A stretch of DNA of 64,000 bases. Source: Candidatus Zambryskiibacteriota bacterium. GTDB lineage: Bacteria > Patescibacteriota > Minisyncoccia > Phycocordibacterales > DATDWN01. Positions within the stretch are counted from its first letter, which is position 1; the number at the start of each line of letters is the position of its first letter. The position numbers were made by a program, and so were the translations under genes. The DNA lies in NCBI GenBank assembly GCA_026394775.1, contig JAPLZY010000008.1:53367-117366 (forward strand), in the 5' to 3' direction. The notes beneath the pieces are model-generated. The model searched no databases. It was not told the DNA's origin and saw nothing but the letters and a program-made list of their open reading frames with translations. Positions 11,235 to 20,366 of this stretch are shown piece by piece.

Positions 11235-11295
11235 GAGACAGGTTGGTCTCCTATCTACTGCAGGCGTTGATTCTTGAGAAGATTTGCCCCTAGTA

Positions 11296-12105
11296 ATTGA
11301 ATTGCTACTTCAAGGAGTAATCCTTGATGAAATAGTGGCTAATAACGGTGAAGTCTTAAGTGTATTCTAGTCTGTTGATAACTATTCTTGTGACGGTCCG
11401 TCATGAGTAGTACAATTTGTTTAGTGATAAACAAGCTTGAAGACCAGAAATAATTAAGATAATACCGTGGGAAGTCGATCTATTATTGATAGAGCATATA
11501 TGCAGGATTTCTCGATGGCGATGGAAGCTTAATGCTTCAAATTAAGAAAAGAGCAGATGGAAAAAGTAAAATTCGTTTTATGGCAACCATTTGTTTCTAT
11601 CAAGATACTCGTCACGAAAAAGAATTGATTTGGATTCAGAAAGTTCTAGGTATCGGATACATCTCGCGCAGAAATGACGGGATGTCTGAGATTAGAATTA
11701 ATGGATTTAAAACAGTTAAAGAAATTCTGGAAGACTTGATACCATATATCAGGTTTAAAAGGATTCAAGCAAAAAGTTTGCTTGAATCGTGCACAATTTT
11801 GTCTTCGACAAAATTTAATATGCTCAATCGTGAACAGCTAACTAAACTTGTTAATCTTGTCTTAGTGATTCAGAATGAAAATTACGTCACTAAGAAGAAG
11901 AAAACACGAAGTGAATTGTTACAGATAATAGGTTTGACCCCGTAACGACTTGTTTGAGTAATGTCAAACAGATTTATGTAGTACTGGAAAGTCTTGTGTA
12001 CTGAAACATGAGACAGGGCTACATTTATAATACGCCAACACCCTCAACCTTTTAAGGTCGGGTGAAGATATAGTCTGTGCTCCTGGTAACAGGGGAATAA
12101 AACGA
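11296..12105 (+). mobile_element. group I intron 4 in 23S, inserted within the sarcin-ricin loop sequence (CTAGTA|CGAGAGGACC)
   Basis: Exon ...gcccctagta|...|cgagaggaccggggtgaactgacc. The downstream exon aligns base for base with E. coli 2658-2760. S-like ggtgaagatatagtctg is present near the 3' end. Confidence 0.65.
11458..11945 (+). pseudogene. degenerate I-CreI-like single-motif LAGLIDADG homing endonuclease (start codon lost, -1 frameshift before the motif)
   Basis: Frame 1 reads DNTVGSRSIIDRAY (compare MDNTAGSLTQL of the intact HEG), but its ATG is replaced by taaGAT. The frame shifts at about 11500-11504 into AGFLDGDGSLMLQIKKRADG...GIGYISRR..., which shows the I-CreI fold pattern. Confidence 0.6.
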
Positions 12106-12452
12106 CGAGAGGACCGGGGTGAACTGACCTCTGGTGTATCTGCTGTCTTGCCAAAGGCATCGCAGAGTAGCTAAGTTGGGAAATGATAAACGCTGAAAGC
12201 ATCTAAGCGTGAAGCATACTTCAAGATAAGGAATCGTTTGAGACCCGTAAGAGATGATTACGTGATAGGCACTCGGTGTACGCACAGCAATGTGTTGAGC
12301 CAAGGTGTACTAATTAGTCGATTCTTATTAGGAAATTTACGAACCACTCCACTTCGGTGTGGAGGTTATACAAAATACATTCATGCTCTGTTATCTGATA
12401 TTAATTTGTCAGAGTTTTTTGGCATAAAAAAGAAAATAAATAATTGAATCTT

Positions 12453-12586
12453 TAGTTCTGGTGATTCGTCGCAGATGGTCCGCCCTACAGGCGCTGTACA
12501 CCTTTTACATTTTGCTATTTATTAAAATCGCAAAATGATCAAGGTCTTGCGCTTGGGTCCCATCCCAAGCTCACCTGTTCTCATTC
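12453..12586 (+). pseudogene. partial 5S rRNA pseudo-copy interrupted by a 97-nt insert containing a REP-like hairpin
   Basis: 12453-12474 is identical to 5S nt 1-22 and 12572-12586 is identical to 5S nt ~27-42. Between them lies gcttggg-tcccat-cccaagc. The 3' two thirds of 5S are missing. Confidence 0.5.
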
Positions 12587-12610
12587 AATTAATACAATCA
12601 GTTGAAAATT

Positions 12611-12725
12611 TAGTTCTGGTGATTCGTCGCAAAGGTCACACCTGTTCTCATTCCGAACACAGTAGTTAAGCTTTGTTGAGGCGATGATACTCCGCAAGGG
12701 GGAAAGTAGCTAGTCGCCAGAACTA
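12611..12725 (+). rRNA. rrf: 5S rRNA
   Basis: agttctggtg...cacctgttctcattccgaacacag...ccagaacta. Helix I pairing and the conserved CCGAACAC loop are present. Confidence 0.85.
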
Positions 12726-12793
12726 AGAATTCAACTTAAAAAAAGACTCACAGAAATGCGGTTTTTTTCTTTTAGTTACTCTTTCTTTTTGGT

Positions 12794-14179
12794 ATGATAA
12801 GAGATATGGGTTCATGGTCATTTAGACGACAGCTTATGTATCTCGCGCTCCCACTTTTACTTGTATTAGGGGCTTTTGCATATGTTTTTTTTAACTACCT
12901 CTACAAGGCACCTTCATGTAATGACGGCTTAAGAAATGGAGATGAGACTGGGAGAGACTGCGGTGGATCATGCCAGCTTTTGTGTAAAGGAGATGGGTTA
13001 AACCCACTTGTGCGATGGTCTGAATCTTTTTTGGTTGCTGGGTCTTTGTGGAATGCAGGAGCGTATGTTGAAAATCCAAACATTTCTTCATGGGCACCTA
13101 AAGCGACGTACACTTTTTATCTGTATGACGAAAAAAACTTGCTTATCACATCGGTAAGTGGAGAAACAGAGATTCCAAAAAACAAAAAGTTTTTGGTATT
13201 TTATCCGACAATAAATACAAAAGGTAAAACAGTAAAACGTACTGATTTTGAATTTACTTCACCGATACAGTGGGTAAGTACAGACACTGCTTCACCTGAA
13301 CTTAAGGTAACACATGGCTTTATAGAAAAAGAAACTACCGCACCTGTTATTTCAGGAGTTGTAGAAAACACAGAAGCCAAAAGTTCGGGGCCTGTGGAGC
13401 TTTCGGTTATTGTCTATGATGGTCGACAAGATGCTATTGGCATATCTCGCACATATGTAGACGCTATAGCTCCGAGAGAGAAAGCGGTATTTGGCTTTAC
13501 CTGGCCTCGACCATTCAAAGAAACTCAAGCAGTCTGTAGTGTACCTTCAGATGTGCTTTTGGTTCTCGATCGCTCAGGAAGCATGGCAAGTATTTCACGT
13601 AATCCACCAGAGCCTCTGACGAGTGTAAAAAACACAGCGACAAATTTTGTAAGCTCGCTAACTTCAGGAGACCAGGTGGGAGTGGTGTCTTTTGCTAATG
13701 AAGCTTCAAACCCTCTCGACCACAGTCTTTCCTCAAGTATTTCGAGTGTAAAAGAGTCTATTGGTCAGATTTTTATTGCTACCACCTCAGCTCAAAATAC
13801 AAATATTGGAGATGGTTTGACGAAAGCTACAGAAGAGTTGTTGGGTGTTCGTGCGCGTACAGACTCAAAAAAAGTTATCGTGCTTTTGACAGATGGTGAT
13901 CCAACAGATCCAAAAATGTCGGACCAGAGCAACTACCCAACACTCTTTGCAGAAAGATCTGCTCAGGTGGCAAAAGATTCAAAAATAACTTTGTTTACTA
14001 TTGGCCTCGGGTCACTTGTAAATAATGACCTTTTGTCGAGATTAGCTTCTACACCAGCACAATATTTTGAAGCTCCTACGAGTGCAGATCTTGCGAGTAT
14101 CTACAAGAAGATCAGTAAAGATATTTGTACCTTGCGTCCAAATATTATTGAGGTGATCGCTATCCCAAGACAAAGATAA
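12794..14179 (+). CDS. membrane-anchored von Willebrand factor A (vWA) domain protein
   Basis: N-terminal TM helix. MIDAS-type motifs DVLLVLDRSGSM, VGVVSFAN and VIVLLTDGDPTD. Confidence 0.7.
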   Translation: MIRDMGSWSFRRQLMYLALPLLLVLGAFAYVFFNYLYKAPSCNDGLRNGDETGRDCGGSCQLLCKGDGLNPLVRWSESFLVAGSLWNAGAYVENPNISSWAPKATYTFYLYDEKNLLITSVSGETEIPKNKKFLVFYPTINTKGKTVKRTDFEFTSPIQWVSTDTASPELKVTHGFIEKETTAPVISGVVENTEAKSSGPVELSVIVYDGRQDAIGISRTYVDAIAPREKAVFGFTWPRPFKETQAVCSVPSDVLLVLDRSGSMASISRNPPEPLTSVKNTATNFVSSLTSGDQVGVVSFANEASNPLDHSLSSSISSVKESIGQIFIATTSAQNTNIGDGLTKATEELLGVRARTDSKKVIVLLTDGDPTDPKMSDQSNYPTLFAERSAQVAKDSKITLFTIGLGSLVNNDLLSRLASTPAQYFEAPTSADLASIYKKISKDICTLRPNIIEVIAIPRQR

Positions 14180-14183
14180 TTTT

Positions 14184-15314
14184 ATGAAGCGTTTCCTTGC
14201 ACTATTTTCATGTATCGACTGGATAATTACAGGGAGTATTGTTGTTTTGGTGTGTGCAGGTCTTGTAACTATGAATTCATTTGTAGGCACAACCTCTTTT
14301 TTTGATAAACAGGTTGTTTTATTTTTTGTTTCTTTTGGAATTTTTCTTTGTGCAAGTGTCGTGGACTGGAGATTTTTACGGAGAACTCAGGTGGTGATGG
14401 TACTCTATGGTCTTGCGGTGGTATTGCTTGCATCGCTTTTCGTAGTGGGCTCTGTGTTTAAAGGTGCGCAGAGCTGGTTTAGTATCGGAGGGTTCACGTT
14501 TCAGCCTGTTGACAGTGCCAAACTTGCGGTGATTTTGCTACTGTCAAAATATTTTTCTAGACGACATGTCGAGATTGCGCATATCCGACATATTATCGTC
14601 TCAGGTATGTATGTCGGCATAATCTTTCTTCTTGTGTTTTTACAACCAGACTTTGGTTCAGCTATTATTATTTTTGCTACCTGGCTCGGCATGGTCTTGG
14701 TGTCAGGTATTTCTAAAAAACATCTTGCTTTTGTAGCAATACTCGGAGTCTGTATGTTTGGCTTTTTATGGCTTTTTATATTTAGACCGTATCAAAAAGC
14801 GCGTATCATGACTTTTGTAAATCCGCTGACTGATATTCGTGGTTCGGGATATAACGCATATCAGTCGGTGATCGCGGTGGGTTCAGGAGAAATATTTGGT
14901 AAGGGTATTGGATACGGTACTCAAAGCAAGCTTCAGTTTTTACCAGAGTACCAAACAGACTTTATTTTTGCCGCATTCGCCGAAGAGTGGGGTTTTGCTG
15001 GAGTAATTATTCTTCTTGTTTTATACACTATCGTATTTACACGAATGCTTCGTATTGCTGCTCGAGGAGAATCCAATTTTGAAGTGTTGTTCGGTACTGG
15101 ACTCACTATTTTATTTATGACACATGCCACAATTCATATTGGTATGAATATAGGACTGCTTCCTGTGACAGGAAACACCTTGCCGTTTATGAGCTACGGC
15201 GGGTCACATTTACTCAATGAGTTTCTCGCACTTGGGATCTTGATGGGGATGAACAAGTACAGTCGCGCGGTACATAAGGATTTGGCTCAAAATGAGATTC
15301 TTGGCATTAACTAA
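14184..15314 (+). CDS. ftsW: SEDS-family peptidoglycan polymerase FtsW/RodA
   Basis: Ten TM helices. Conserved LPEYQTDFIFAAFAEEWGF and YGGSHLL motifs. Confidence 0.85.
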   Translation: MKRFLALFSCIDWIITGSIVVLVCAGLVTMNSFVGTTSFFDKQVVLFFVSFGIFLCASVVDWRFLRRTQVVMVLYGLAVVLLASLFVVGSVFKGAQSWFSIGGFTFQPVDSAKLAVILLLSKYFSRRHVEIAHIRHIIVSGMYVGIIFLLVFLQPDFGSAIIIFATWLGMVLVSGISKKHLAFVAILGVCMFGFLWLFIFRPYQKARIMTFVNPLTDIRGSGYNAYQSVIAVGSGEIFGKGIGYGTQSKLQFLPEYQTDFIFAAFAEEWGFAGVIILLVLYTIVFTRMLRIAARGESNFEVLFGTGLTILFMTHATIHIGMNIGLLPVTGNTLPFMSYGGSHLLNEFLALGILMGMNKYSRAVHKDLAQNEILGIN

Positions 15315-16471
15315 AAATCACCATTGTATACATGTATTGTTTGAGCGATCTGTTGTTGGAGTGAAAAATTCTTCTCTATTTTTTGCTTTAATTTTAGACC
15401 ATACTCGGTGCGTTTTTGTTGTTGTGAGAGAAGGTGTTCGAGACCTTGTTGCATGGAGTCACTACGGGGTCTTACAAGAACTCCGTTGACTCCGTTGTCT
15501 ATTATCTCCGAGATCCCTCCAACTCTTGTGGCGAGTACTGGTAGCTCAGAGAGCCCAGCTTCAAGGAGGGTGTAGGGGAGTGCTTCGGTGCGCGAAGTGA
15601 GAGTAAAAATATCAAAAGCTTTAAGATATTTTTTTGCGTCAGGAATATTTCCAAGAAGGTATATTTTTGTTTCAAGGTTTAGTGTGCGTATAAGACTTTC
15701 AAGTTCTAGCTTTTTTTCGCCACCACCAATGATTAAAAAAATAAATGGAGTGGCGATGTGTGAAAGTGCGTGGATAGCGAGGTCGAGACCTTTGTTTGTG
15801 TGAAGTTCGGAGATAGTACCGATCCAGTGTGTACCTGGGTCTTCGTGTAGTCCAATAGTTGAGCGTATTTTTGTTCGAGCATCTTCTTTTGTATAGAGTT
15901 CAAATGGACTTATGCCGTTGTAAATAACGCATGTTTTGTCGCCTACCAAGCTGAGCCCTGCCATGTCATTTTTGGTTTTTTTGGAAACACAGATGGTTCG
16001 GTCAGAGAGTAGTATTGTTTTCCAATGTAAAAGCAAAAAGAATTTTCGGATAATCCATGGACGATCTTCGTTTGATGCCCATGCATGTCCAGTAAAAATA
16101 ATACGAGGTACACGCGCAATACGTCCAGCAAGTGCTCCCAAGAGTCCTGCTTTTGAGCTATTGGTATGAAGTACATCTGGCTTAAGCTTCTTGAGTTTTT
16201 TGATGAGTGCAAAAAAAGCACGTATTTCAGAAACAGGGTTTATGTCTCGTCCTAAATAGGGAATTGTCTCAGTCCATATACCCGAAGCTTCGAGGCGCTC
16301 CTTGAGCTCTCCATCGCCTCCCATAAGGACGATAGACTCAAACTCGGCCTTTGGAAGGTTGGTGGCGAGGGTAAAGACGTAGTTTTGGGCACCTCCGTAG
16401 GGAGAGCCTTTGGTTATCAGATGCACTACTCTCTTTGCTTTTTTGTCTTGCATATGGCGATATTGTAGCAT
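15311..16471 (-). CDS. GT4 family glycosyltransferase
   Basis: GT-B fold with EX7E-type motif ALPYTLLEAGLSELPVLATRVGGISEII. It converges on and overlaps the ftsW stop. Confidence 0.8.
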   Translation of the reverse strand: MLQYRHMQDKKAKRVVHLITKGSPYGGAQNYVFTLATNLPKAEFESIVLMGGDGELKERLEASGIWTETIPYLGRDINPVSEIRAFFALIKKLKKLKPDVLHTNSSKAGLLGALAGRIARVPRIIFTGHAWASNEDRPWIIRKFFLLLHWKTILLSDRTICVSKKTKNDMAGLSLVGDKTCVIYNGISPFELYTKEDARTKIRSTIGLHEDPGTHWIGTISELHTNKGLDLAIHALSHIATPFIFLIIGGGEKKLELESLIRTLNLETKIYLLGNIPDAKKYLKAFDIFTLTSRTEALPYTLLEAGLSELPVLATRVGGISEIIDNGVNGVLVRPRSDSMQQGLEHLLSQQQKRTEYGLKLKQKIEKNFSLQQQIAQTIHVYNGDF

Positions 16472-16488
16472 ATTATACTAACTATATT

Positions 16489-17838
16489 ATGACTATTTCA
16501 AATAAAAGAGAGGTGTTTCTTCTTTTTTTCGGTGATGTGTTTTTTTACGTTTTTTCATTATGGCTCGCTCTCTCTGTGCGTATTGGAGATACCCCTTCAC
16601 TTGCGCTTTATTTCCAGCATCTCTTGCCATTTGGTATTCTTTTTTTTATCTGGTTTTTGGTCTACTACATTGCCGGACTTTATGAAAAACACACCCTCAT
16701 CATTACGTCGCAACTGCCGAGTATTATTTTTAATGCCCAAATCGCAAATTCAGTATTAGCTGTCGTATTTTTCTATGCTTTTCCGCAGTTTGGTATCACT
16801 CCTAAAACAATCCTTCTGTTGTTTGTGGTAATCTCTTTTATTCTTGGAGTTTTCTGGAGGGTGTACGGTGTAAAGATTTTTGGTTCTAAAGAAAAAGAGC
16901 AGGTTCTTTTGATCGGCTCAGGTAAAGAAATGAAAGAACTTTTTGAAGAAGTAAATCATAAAGGGAGATATGCGGTTGAATTTGTTTCCTCAATCAATGT
17001 TGATGATGTAGGAGAACTCAATATTCAAGAAGATATCGTTCAGGCGATCTACAAAAACAATGTGAAGCTCGTCGCGATTGATTTTTCAAGCGAAAAAGTA
17101 AGGCCGCTTTTGCCACATCTCTATAACCTCATGTATTCAAAAATTCACTTCATTGATTCTCATAAGATCTACGAAGATGTGTTTAACCGTATTCCACTTT
17201 CTCTTGTGACCTACAGCTGGTTTCTTGAAAATATTTCTGTTTCGCCAAAGTTTACGTACGACTTTTTGAAACGTGTTTTTGATATTGTTCTTTCCTTTAT
17301 TCTCGGAGTTGTTTCTTTGATTGTGTATCCGTTTGTAATGCTTCTGATTAAACTCGATGATGGGGGAAAGTATTTCATTTCTCAAGAAAGAGTGGGGCAC
17401 AATAACAAACTGGTGAGGATTATTAAATTCCGAACCATGTCAGTGGATGACAGTGGAGAAGGCTCGGGCGACCGTCATATGAAAGTTACACGAGTAGGGC
17501 GCTTCTTACGTGCCAGCCGTATCGACGAGTTACCACAGTTGTGGAATGTTTTCTTCGGGGATATTTCTCTTATTGGTCCACGTCCAGAGCTCCCAAACCT
17601 CGTTAAACTCTACGAAAAAGAAATCAGCTTTTACACCGTCCGTCACCTGATCAAACCAGGGCTCTCAGGCTGGGCACAGCTCTACCAAAAAGACCCACCA
17701 AAGTTTGGTACCGACGTAGACCTTACAAAAACAAAGCTTTCCTACGACCTCTTCTATATAAAAAATCGCTCATTCTGGCTGGATATTAAAATCGCCCTAA
17801 AAACTGTAAAAACCCTCCTGTCACGAAGTGGGGTTTGA
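16489..17838 (+). CDS. undecaprenyl-phosphate sugar phosphotransferase (WbaP/bacterial sugar transferase family)
   Basis: KRVFDIVLS...RVGHNNKLVRIIKFRTM...DELPQLWNVFFGDISLIGPRPELP...GLSGWAQ. ATG at 16489 is in frame with track ORF 16435. Confidence 0.85.
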   Translation: MTISNKREVFLLFFGDVFFYVFSLWLALSVRIGDTPSLALYFQHLLPFGILFFIWFLVYYIAGLYEKHTLIITSQLPSIIFNAQIANSVLAVVFFYAFPQFGITPKTILLLFVVISFILGVFWRVYGVKIFGSKEKEQVLLIGSGKEMKELFEEVNHKGRYAVEFVSSINVDDVGELNIQEDIVQAIYKNNVKLVAIDFSSEKVRPLLPHLYNLMYSKIHFIDSHKIYEDVFNRIPLSLVTYSWFLENISVSPKFTYDFLKRVFDIVLSFILGVVSLIVYPFVMLLIKLDDGGKYFISQERVGHNNKLVRIIKFRTMSVDDSGEGSGDRHMKVTRVGRFLRASRIDELPQLWNVFFGDISLIGPRPELPNLVKLYEKEISFYTVRHLIKPGLSGWAQLYQKDPPKFGTDVDLTKTKLSYDLFYIKNRSFWLDIKIALKTVKTLLSRSGV

Positions 17839-17878
17839 CGATATTACTTTTTAGTGTTATATTCGTAATAGGAGGAGA

Positions 17879-18091
17879 GTGATGGATGCTAACACTCTAA
17901 TTGCAGGAAGTGAACTCCCTGCACGGATAAGAAATCTTTGCAGGGATTATCCCTATTTAGGTAAAACCTTTGGGGACCTTGCAACCTATAAGTCCTATGA
18001 GCTCCGCCGATGGCGTCATGTCGGAGAAGGGATTGTTGAGGAGACAAAAGTTGTCCTCAAAAAGGCAGGTCTCGAATTTACCGACAACTAA
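17879..18091 (+). CDS. stand-alone RNA polymerase alpha-subunit C-terminal domain (alphaCTD)-like protein
   Basis: 70 aa ELPARIRNLCRDYPYLGKTFGDLATYKSYELRRWRHVGEGIVEETKVVLKKAGL matches the alphaCTD helix-hairpin-helix pattern. A GGAGG lies upstream, which is rare here. Confidence 0.45.
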   Translation: MMDANTLIAGSELPARIRNLCRDYPYLGKTFGDLATYKSYELRRWRHVGEGIVEETKVVLKKAGLEFTDN

Positions 18092-18097
18092 AAAGAA

Positions 18098-18130
18098 GGA
18101 CTGGAAGCATAATGTTTCCAGTCCTTTAAA
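18098..18130 (+). terminator. hairpin, weak terminator
   Basis: ggactggaa-gcataatgt-ttccagtcc followed by ttt. Confidence 0.4.
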
Positions 18131-18171
18131 TTATTAAAATCTTCTCTCAGTAAAAGTCCTTATAAATATTT

Positions 18172-18192
18172 CCCCAAGGCCGGGCCTTGGGG
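18172..18192. repeat. REP-like palindrome upstream of the RAYT-like gene
   Basis: ccccaagg-ccggg-ccttgggg, a perfect 8-bp stem. Confidence 0.6.
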
Positions 18193-18223
18193 AAAGTACC
18201 TGCTTGGTTTATCATATTAGAAT

Positions 18224-18886
18224 ATGACGACCAGAAAAGAAAATTTTGCTGAAGGAGAGTATTATCATATCTATAATCGAGGTAATAGTAAGCAAATTAT
18301 TTTTCTTGATGATCAAGATAGGGATAGGTTTGTGAAGTTACTTTATCTTTGTAACTCAGGAAAAAATATAAATTTTAGGGATGACATTACTGAAAGGGGA
18401 ATTGACGCTTTTGACTTTGACAGAGGAGAGCAAATCGTTTCTATCGGAGCTTGGGTTTTAATGCCTAATCATTTCCATATCTACATCACCCCTAGGCGAG
18501 GCCTAGGGGTAGAAGATGATAATTTTCTTGCGAATTTTATTCATAAGCTTTGCACGAGTTATTCTATGTATTTTAATAGAAAGTATAAGAGAACAGGGAA
18601 GTTATTTGAGGGAGTTTTTAAATCGACTCATGTTGAAAGTGATGAACAGGCAAAGTATAACTGTTCTTATATTCATCTTAATCCTGTTAAATTGATTGAT
18701 TCGCTTTGGAGAGAAAATGGAATACAGGATATTAAAAAAGCACTAGAATTTTTAGATACTTATAAGTGGAGCAGTTATCTGGATTATAAAGGGACAAAGA
18801 GGTCTGAAAATAAGATTATTTTCCCAGAGGATTTTCCTGATTATTTTTCTGACAAAAAAGTTTTTGAGGAAGAGATTTTTGAATAG
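18224..18886 (+). CDS. HUH Y1 tyrosine transposase, IS200/IS605-like (REP-associated RAYT family)
   Basis: GEYYHIYNRGNSKQIIF...LMPNHFHIYITP (HuH motif) ... YIHLNPVKL (catalytic Tyr region), 220 aa. Confidence 0.7.
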   Translation: MTTRKENFAEGEYYHIYNRGNSKQIIFLDDQDRDRFVKLLYLCNSGKNINFRDDITERGIDAFDFDRGEQIVSIGAWVLMPNHFHIYITPRRGLGVEDDNFLANFIHKLCTSYSMYFNRKYKRTGKLFEGVFKSTHVESDEQAKYNCSYIHLNPVKLIDSLWRENGIQDIKKALEFLDTYKWSSYLDYKGTKRSENKIIFPEDFPDYFSDKKVFEEEIFE

Positions 18887-18915
18887 TTAAATTATGGTAA
18901 TAGGTAAAAGGTTCC

Positions 18916-18934
18916 ACCAAGGGGTACCCTTGGG
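18916..18934. repeat. REP-like palindrome downstream of the RAYT-like gene
   Basis: ccaaggg-gtac-ccttgg(gg) shares a CCAAGG/CCTTGG core with the upstream element. Confidence 0.6.
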
Positions 18935-18990
18935 GAAAAATAATACGGCGACATTGCATTTCCCCTCAAAATCCCTATAATAAGCCGCAT

Positions 18991-20337
18991 ATGTTTAAAT
19001 ATCGCATTTGGTCTGTTTTCCTTATTATTATAATCGCAGGACTCGGTTTTTTTGCTTACGACTCACAGGTTAATCCTAAGTCATATTTTGCTAAATATAA
19101 GTTTACACTTGGTCTCGACTTAAACGGTGGAACAGAGCTGGTCTATCGAGCAGATGTTTCGAAAATTCCAGCATCAGAAATCGGAGGTGCTATGTCTTCT
19201 CTTCGAGACGTGATCGAACGACGCGTCAATGTGTTTGGTGTGTCAGAGCCAATCATCCAGGTGGAAGAAGCAGGGCTTGTGTCAGGTCAAAAAGACCATC
19301 GACTTATCGTTGAGCTCCCAGGGGTGGCTGATGTAGAACAAGCAATCAAACTTTTGGGCGAGACTCCTCGTCTTGAATTTATGCTCCTTCGTCCTGAAGC
19401 AAAAGGACTCACCGAAGCTGAGCTTGCAACAAAAACAGTAGATGAGGTCTTTATGCCGACAGGTATCACTGGGGCACTCCTTTCAAAAGCAACTCTTGAA
19501 TTTTCTCAATCAAACCAAGGTATTGCAGGGAAGCCGACTGTAGGTCTTTCATTTAATGCTGAAGGGCGAGACTTGTTTGCAAAAGTAACACGAGAAAATA
19601 AAGGACAAGTACTTGCGATCTTTCTTGATGGAAGTGTGATTTCAAGCCCTGTTATCAATGAAGAAATTTCAGATGGGAAAGCAGTGATCTCTGGATCATT
19701 TACCCGAGAAGAAGCAAAAGCGCTCGTGCGAAACCTCAACTACGGAGCACTTCCTGTACCGATCGAACTTCTTTCAACTCAAACAGTTGGCCCATCACTT
19801 GGAGTAAATGCACAGCAGGCTGGCGTAAAAGCTGGTGTTGTAGGGTTTATAATCCTCACGCTTTTCCTTGTACTTTATTACCGACTCCCAGGGTTTGTAT
19901 CAGTAGTATCGCTCCTTATGTATATTGTAGTATCTCTACTTCTCTTCAAACTGATTCCTGTAACACTCACTGCAGCAGGTATTGCAGGGTTTATTCTTTC
20001 TATTGGTATGGCAGTGGATGCCAACGTGCTTATCTTTGAGCGATTTAAAGAAGAGCTTAAGAAAGGAAATACTATCAGCGATGCGATGACTCTCGGTTTC
20101 TCTCGTGCGTGGCTTTCAATCCGAGACTCAAACATATCTTCAATGATTACTGCCGGAGTGCTCTTCTGGCTTGGAACATCTGCAGTAAAAGGATTTGCAC
20201 TTACTTTTGGTATCGGTGTGCTCGTCTCAATGTTTACCGCAATCACTGTCTCTCGAACATTCCTTGCTACAATCAGCCCAAAGACAGACTCAGGTTTCAA
20301 AAGATTTCTTTTTAGTAATGGCTTTCATATCCGGTAA
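18991..20337 (+). CDS. secD: protein translocase subunit SecD
   Basis: LGLDLNGGTELVYRADVS..., a periplasmic domain and six C-terminal TM helices. Confidence 0.9.
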   Translation: MFKYRIWSVFLIIIIAGLGFFAYDSQVNPKSYFAKYKFTLGLDLNGGTELVYRADVSKIPASEIGGAMSSLRDVIERRVNVFGVSEPIIQVEEAGLVSGQKDHRLIVELPGVADVEQAIKLLGETPRLEFMLLRPEAKGLTEAELATKTVDEVFMPTGITGALLSKATLEFSQSNQGIAGKPTVGLSFNAEGRDLFAKVTRENKGQVLAIFLDGSVISSPVINEEISDGKAVISGSFTREEAKALVRNLNYGALPVPIELLSTQTVGPSLGVNAQQAGVKAGVVGFIILTLFLVLYYRLPGFVSVVSLLMYIVVSLLLFKLIPVTLTAAGIAGFILSIGMAVDANVLIFERFKEELKKGNTISDAMTLGFSRAWLSIRDSNISSMITAGVLFWLGTSAVKGFALTFGIGVLVSMFTAITVSRTFLATISPKTDSGFKRFLFSNGFHIR

Positions 20338-20366
20338 TATAAAATTTTAAAATAAAATTAAATACC

